From: Batkoa obscura
Taxonomy: Eukaryota
Direction: 5' to 3'
DNA: 64,000 bases
NCBI GenBank assembly: GCA_030770535.1
Contig: JASVEC010000002.1
Location: 1,984,001 to 2,048,000 of the forward strand
Under the pieces are notes generated by a model. It made no database searches. It was given only the letters and a program-made list of their open reading frames with translations, and had not been told where the DNA came from. Below, piece after piece: positions 63,283 to 64,000 of this stretch. Both the position numbers and the translations under genes were made by a program. The stretch's first letter is position 1; every line of letters begins with the position of its first letter.

Positions 63283-64000
63283 AGTAGTTTATTGTTTTTA
63301 AGCTATAAGGAGTAACTTTACTTTATTACTCACCTTCAGTTATGAATATATTCAGCTATAATCTTAAATCTTTTGATTATATTATATTGTTGCTGAAATG
63401 ATTATTTCATATGTAACATAGTTAACTATTTTTTTAATTTGGATTTTTTTTAAAAGTTAGTCAATGAGGTAATTTCCTTTTTTTAGCTAATTAATTCTAA
63501 TAAAAGCTAGATTTGCTTTTTTTTGCTAGATTAAAAAAGTTAACTTTATCTAGAATCTATAATAATTGAAGTGACTGCTTTAAAAATAATTGTAATCGGT
63601 GATTTTTTATATTAAAATAAAGCACTATAATCAACAAACTTTAAGAAAGTATATATATCCCTGAAAGATAGGCTATAATCCTATAATTAAAATGAATAAA
63701 GTGGTTATTTTTTTATTAAATTTTATAGCACTGTTATCATCCCGACCACATGAAGATCTTGATAAAATTAAACAGATTGCAAAAGGAATTAATCTTGAAT
63801 ACCTTCATGGGAATGGACTCAGTCAAATATCGGGCTCCCCTTAATTTATCCTTATTATAATTAATAAATTATTATCTTAACACTCATCAATTTTAAATGT
63901 CAATGGCAATAGCTTTATAAATTATTGCTAAAGGTGTTAAGTAATGTAATAAAGTTTGAAATAAGATCATAAATAATGGTATAACTTATATAGATAACAT

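Overview
Very AT-rich, gene-dense eukaryotic DNA with many short GT-AG introns. It is most likely a non-Dikarya fungus (inference: fungal-type housekeeping genes plus MMAA and a TFG-like gene; an Entomophthoromycotina/Conidiobolus-like organism is a guess). About 20 conserved genes are present: GLC3, a PX-PH-RhoGAP, SURF6/RRP14, an unusual two-GLEBS FG-nucleoporin, MGE1, RNA1, DDI1, a NAP-family chaperone, NSE4, FIGNL1, TFG-like, UBL-WLM protease, SEC31, MBF1, TM-BAG, cysteine synthase, COG7, MMAA, NIPA and TRAPPC10. Two gene-poor, repeat-rich islands (~20.3-26 kb and ~56-64 kb) interrupt them. The clearest self-contained system is a DNA transposon family: an intact 2.46-kb Sola-like DDD element (48496-50959, GGGG...CCCC ends, 4-bp AAAT TSD), a decayed second copy, and 12 copies of a ~98-bp MITE with the same termini and 4-bp AWAT TSDs. 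The islands also hold two solo LTRs and a birth-and-death family of small secreted Pro-rich peptides. No rRNA, tRNA or CRISPR was seen. All gene models were read by eye, and spans include introns.
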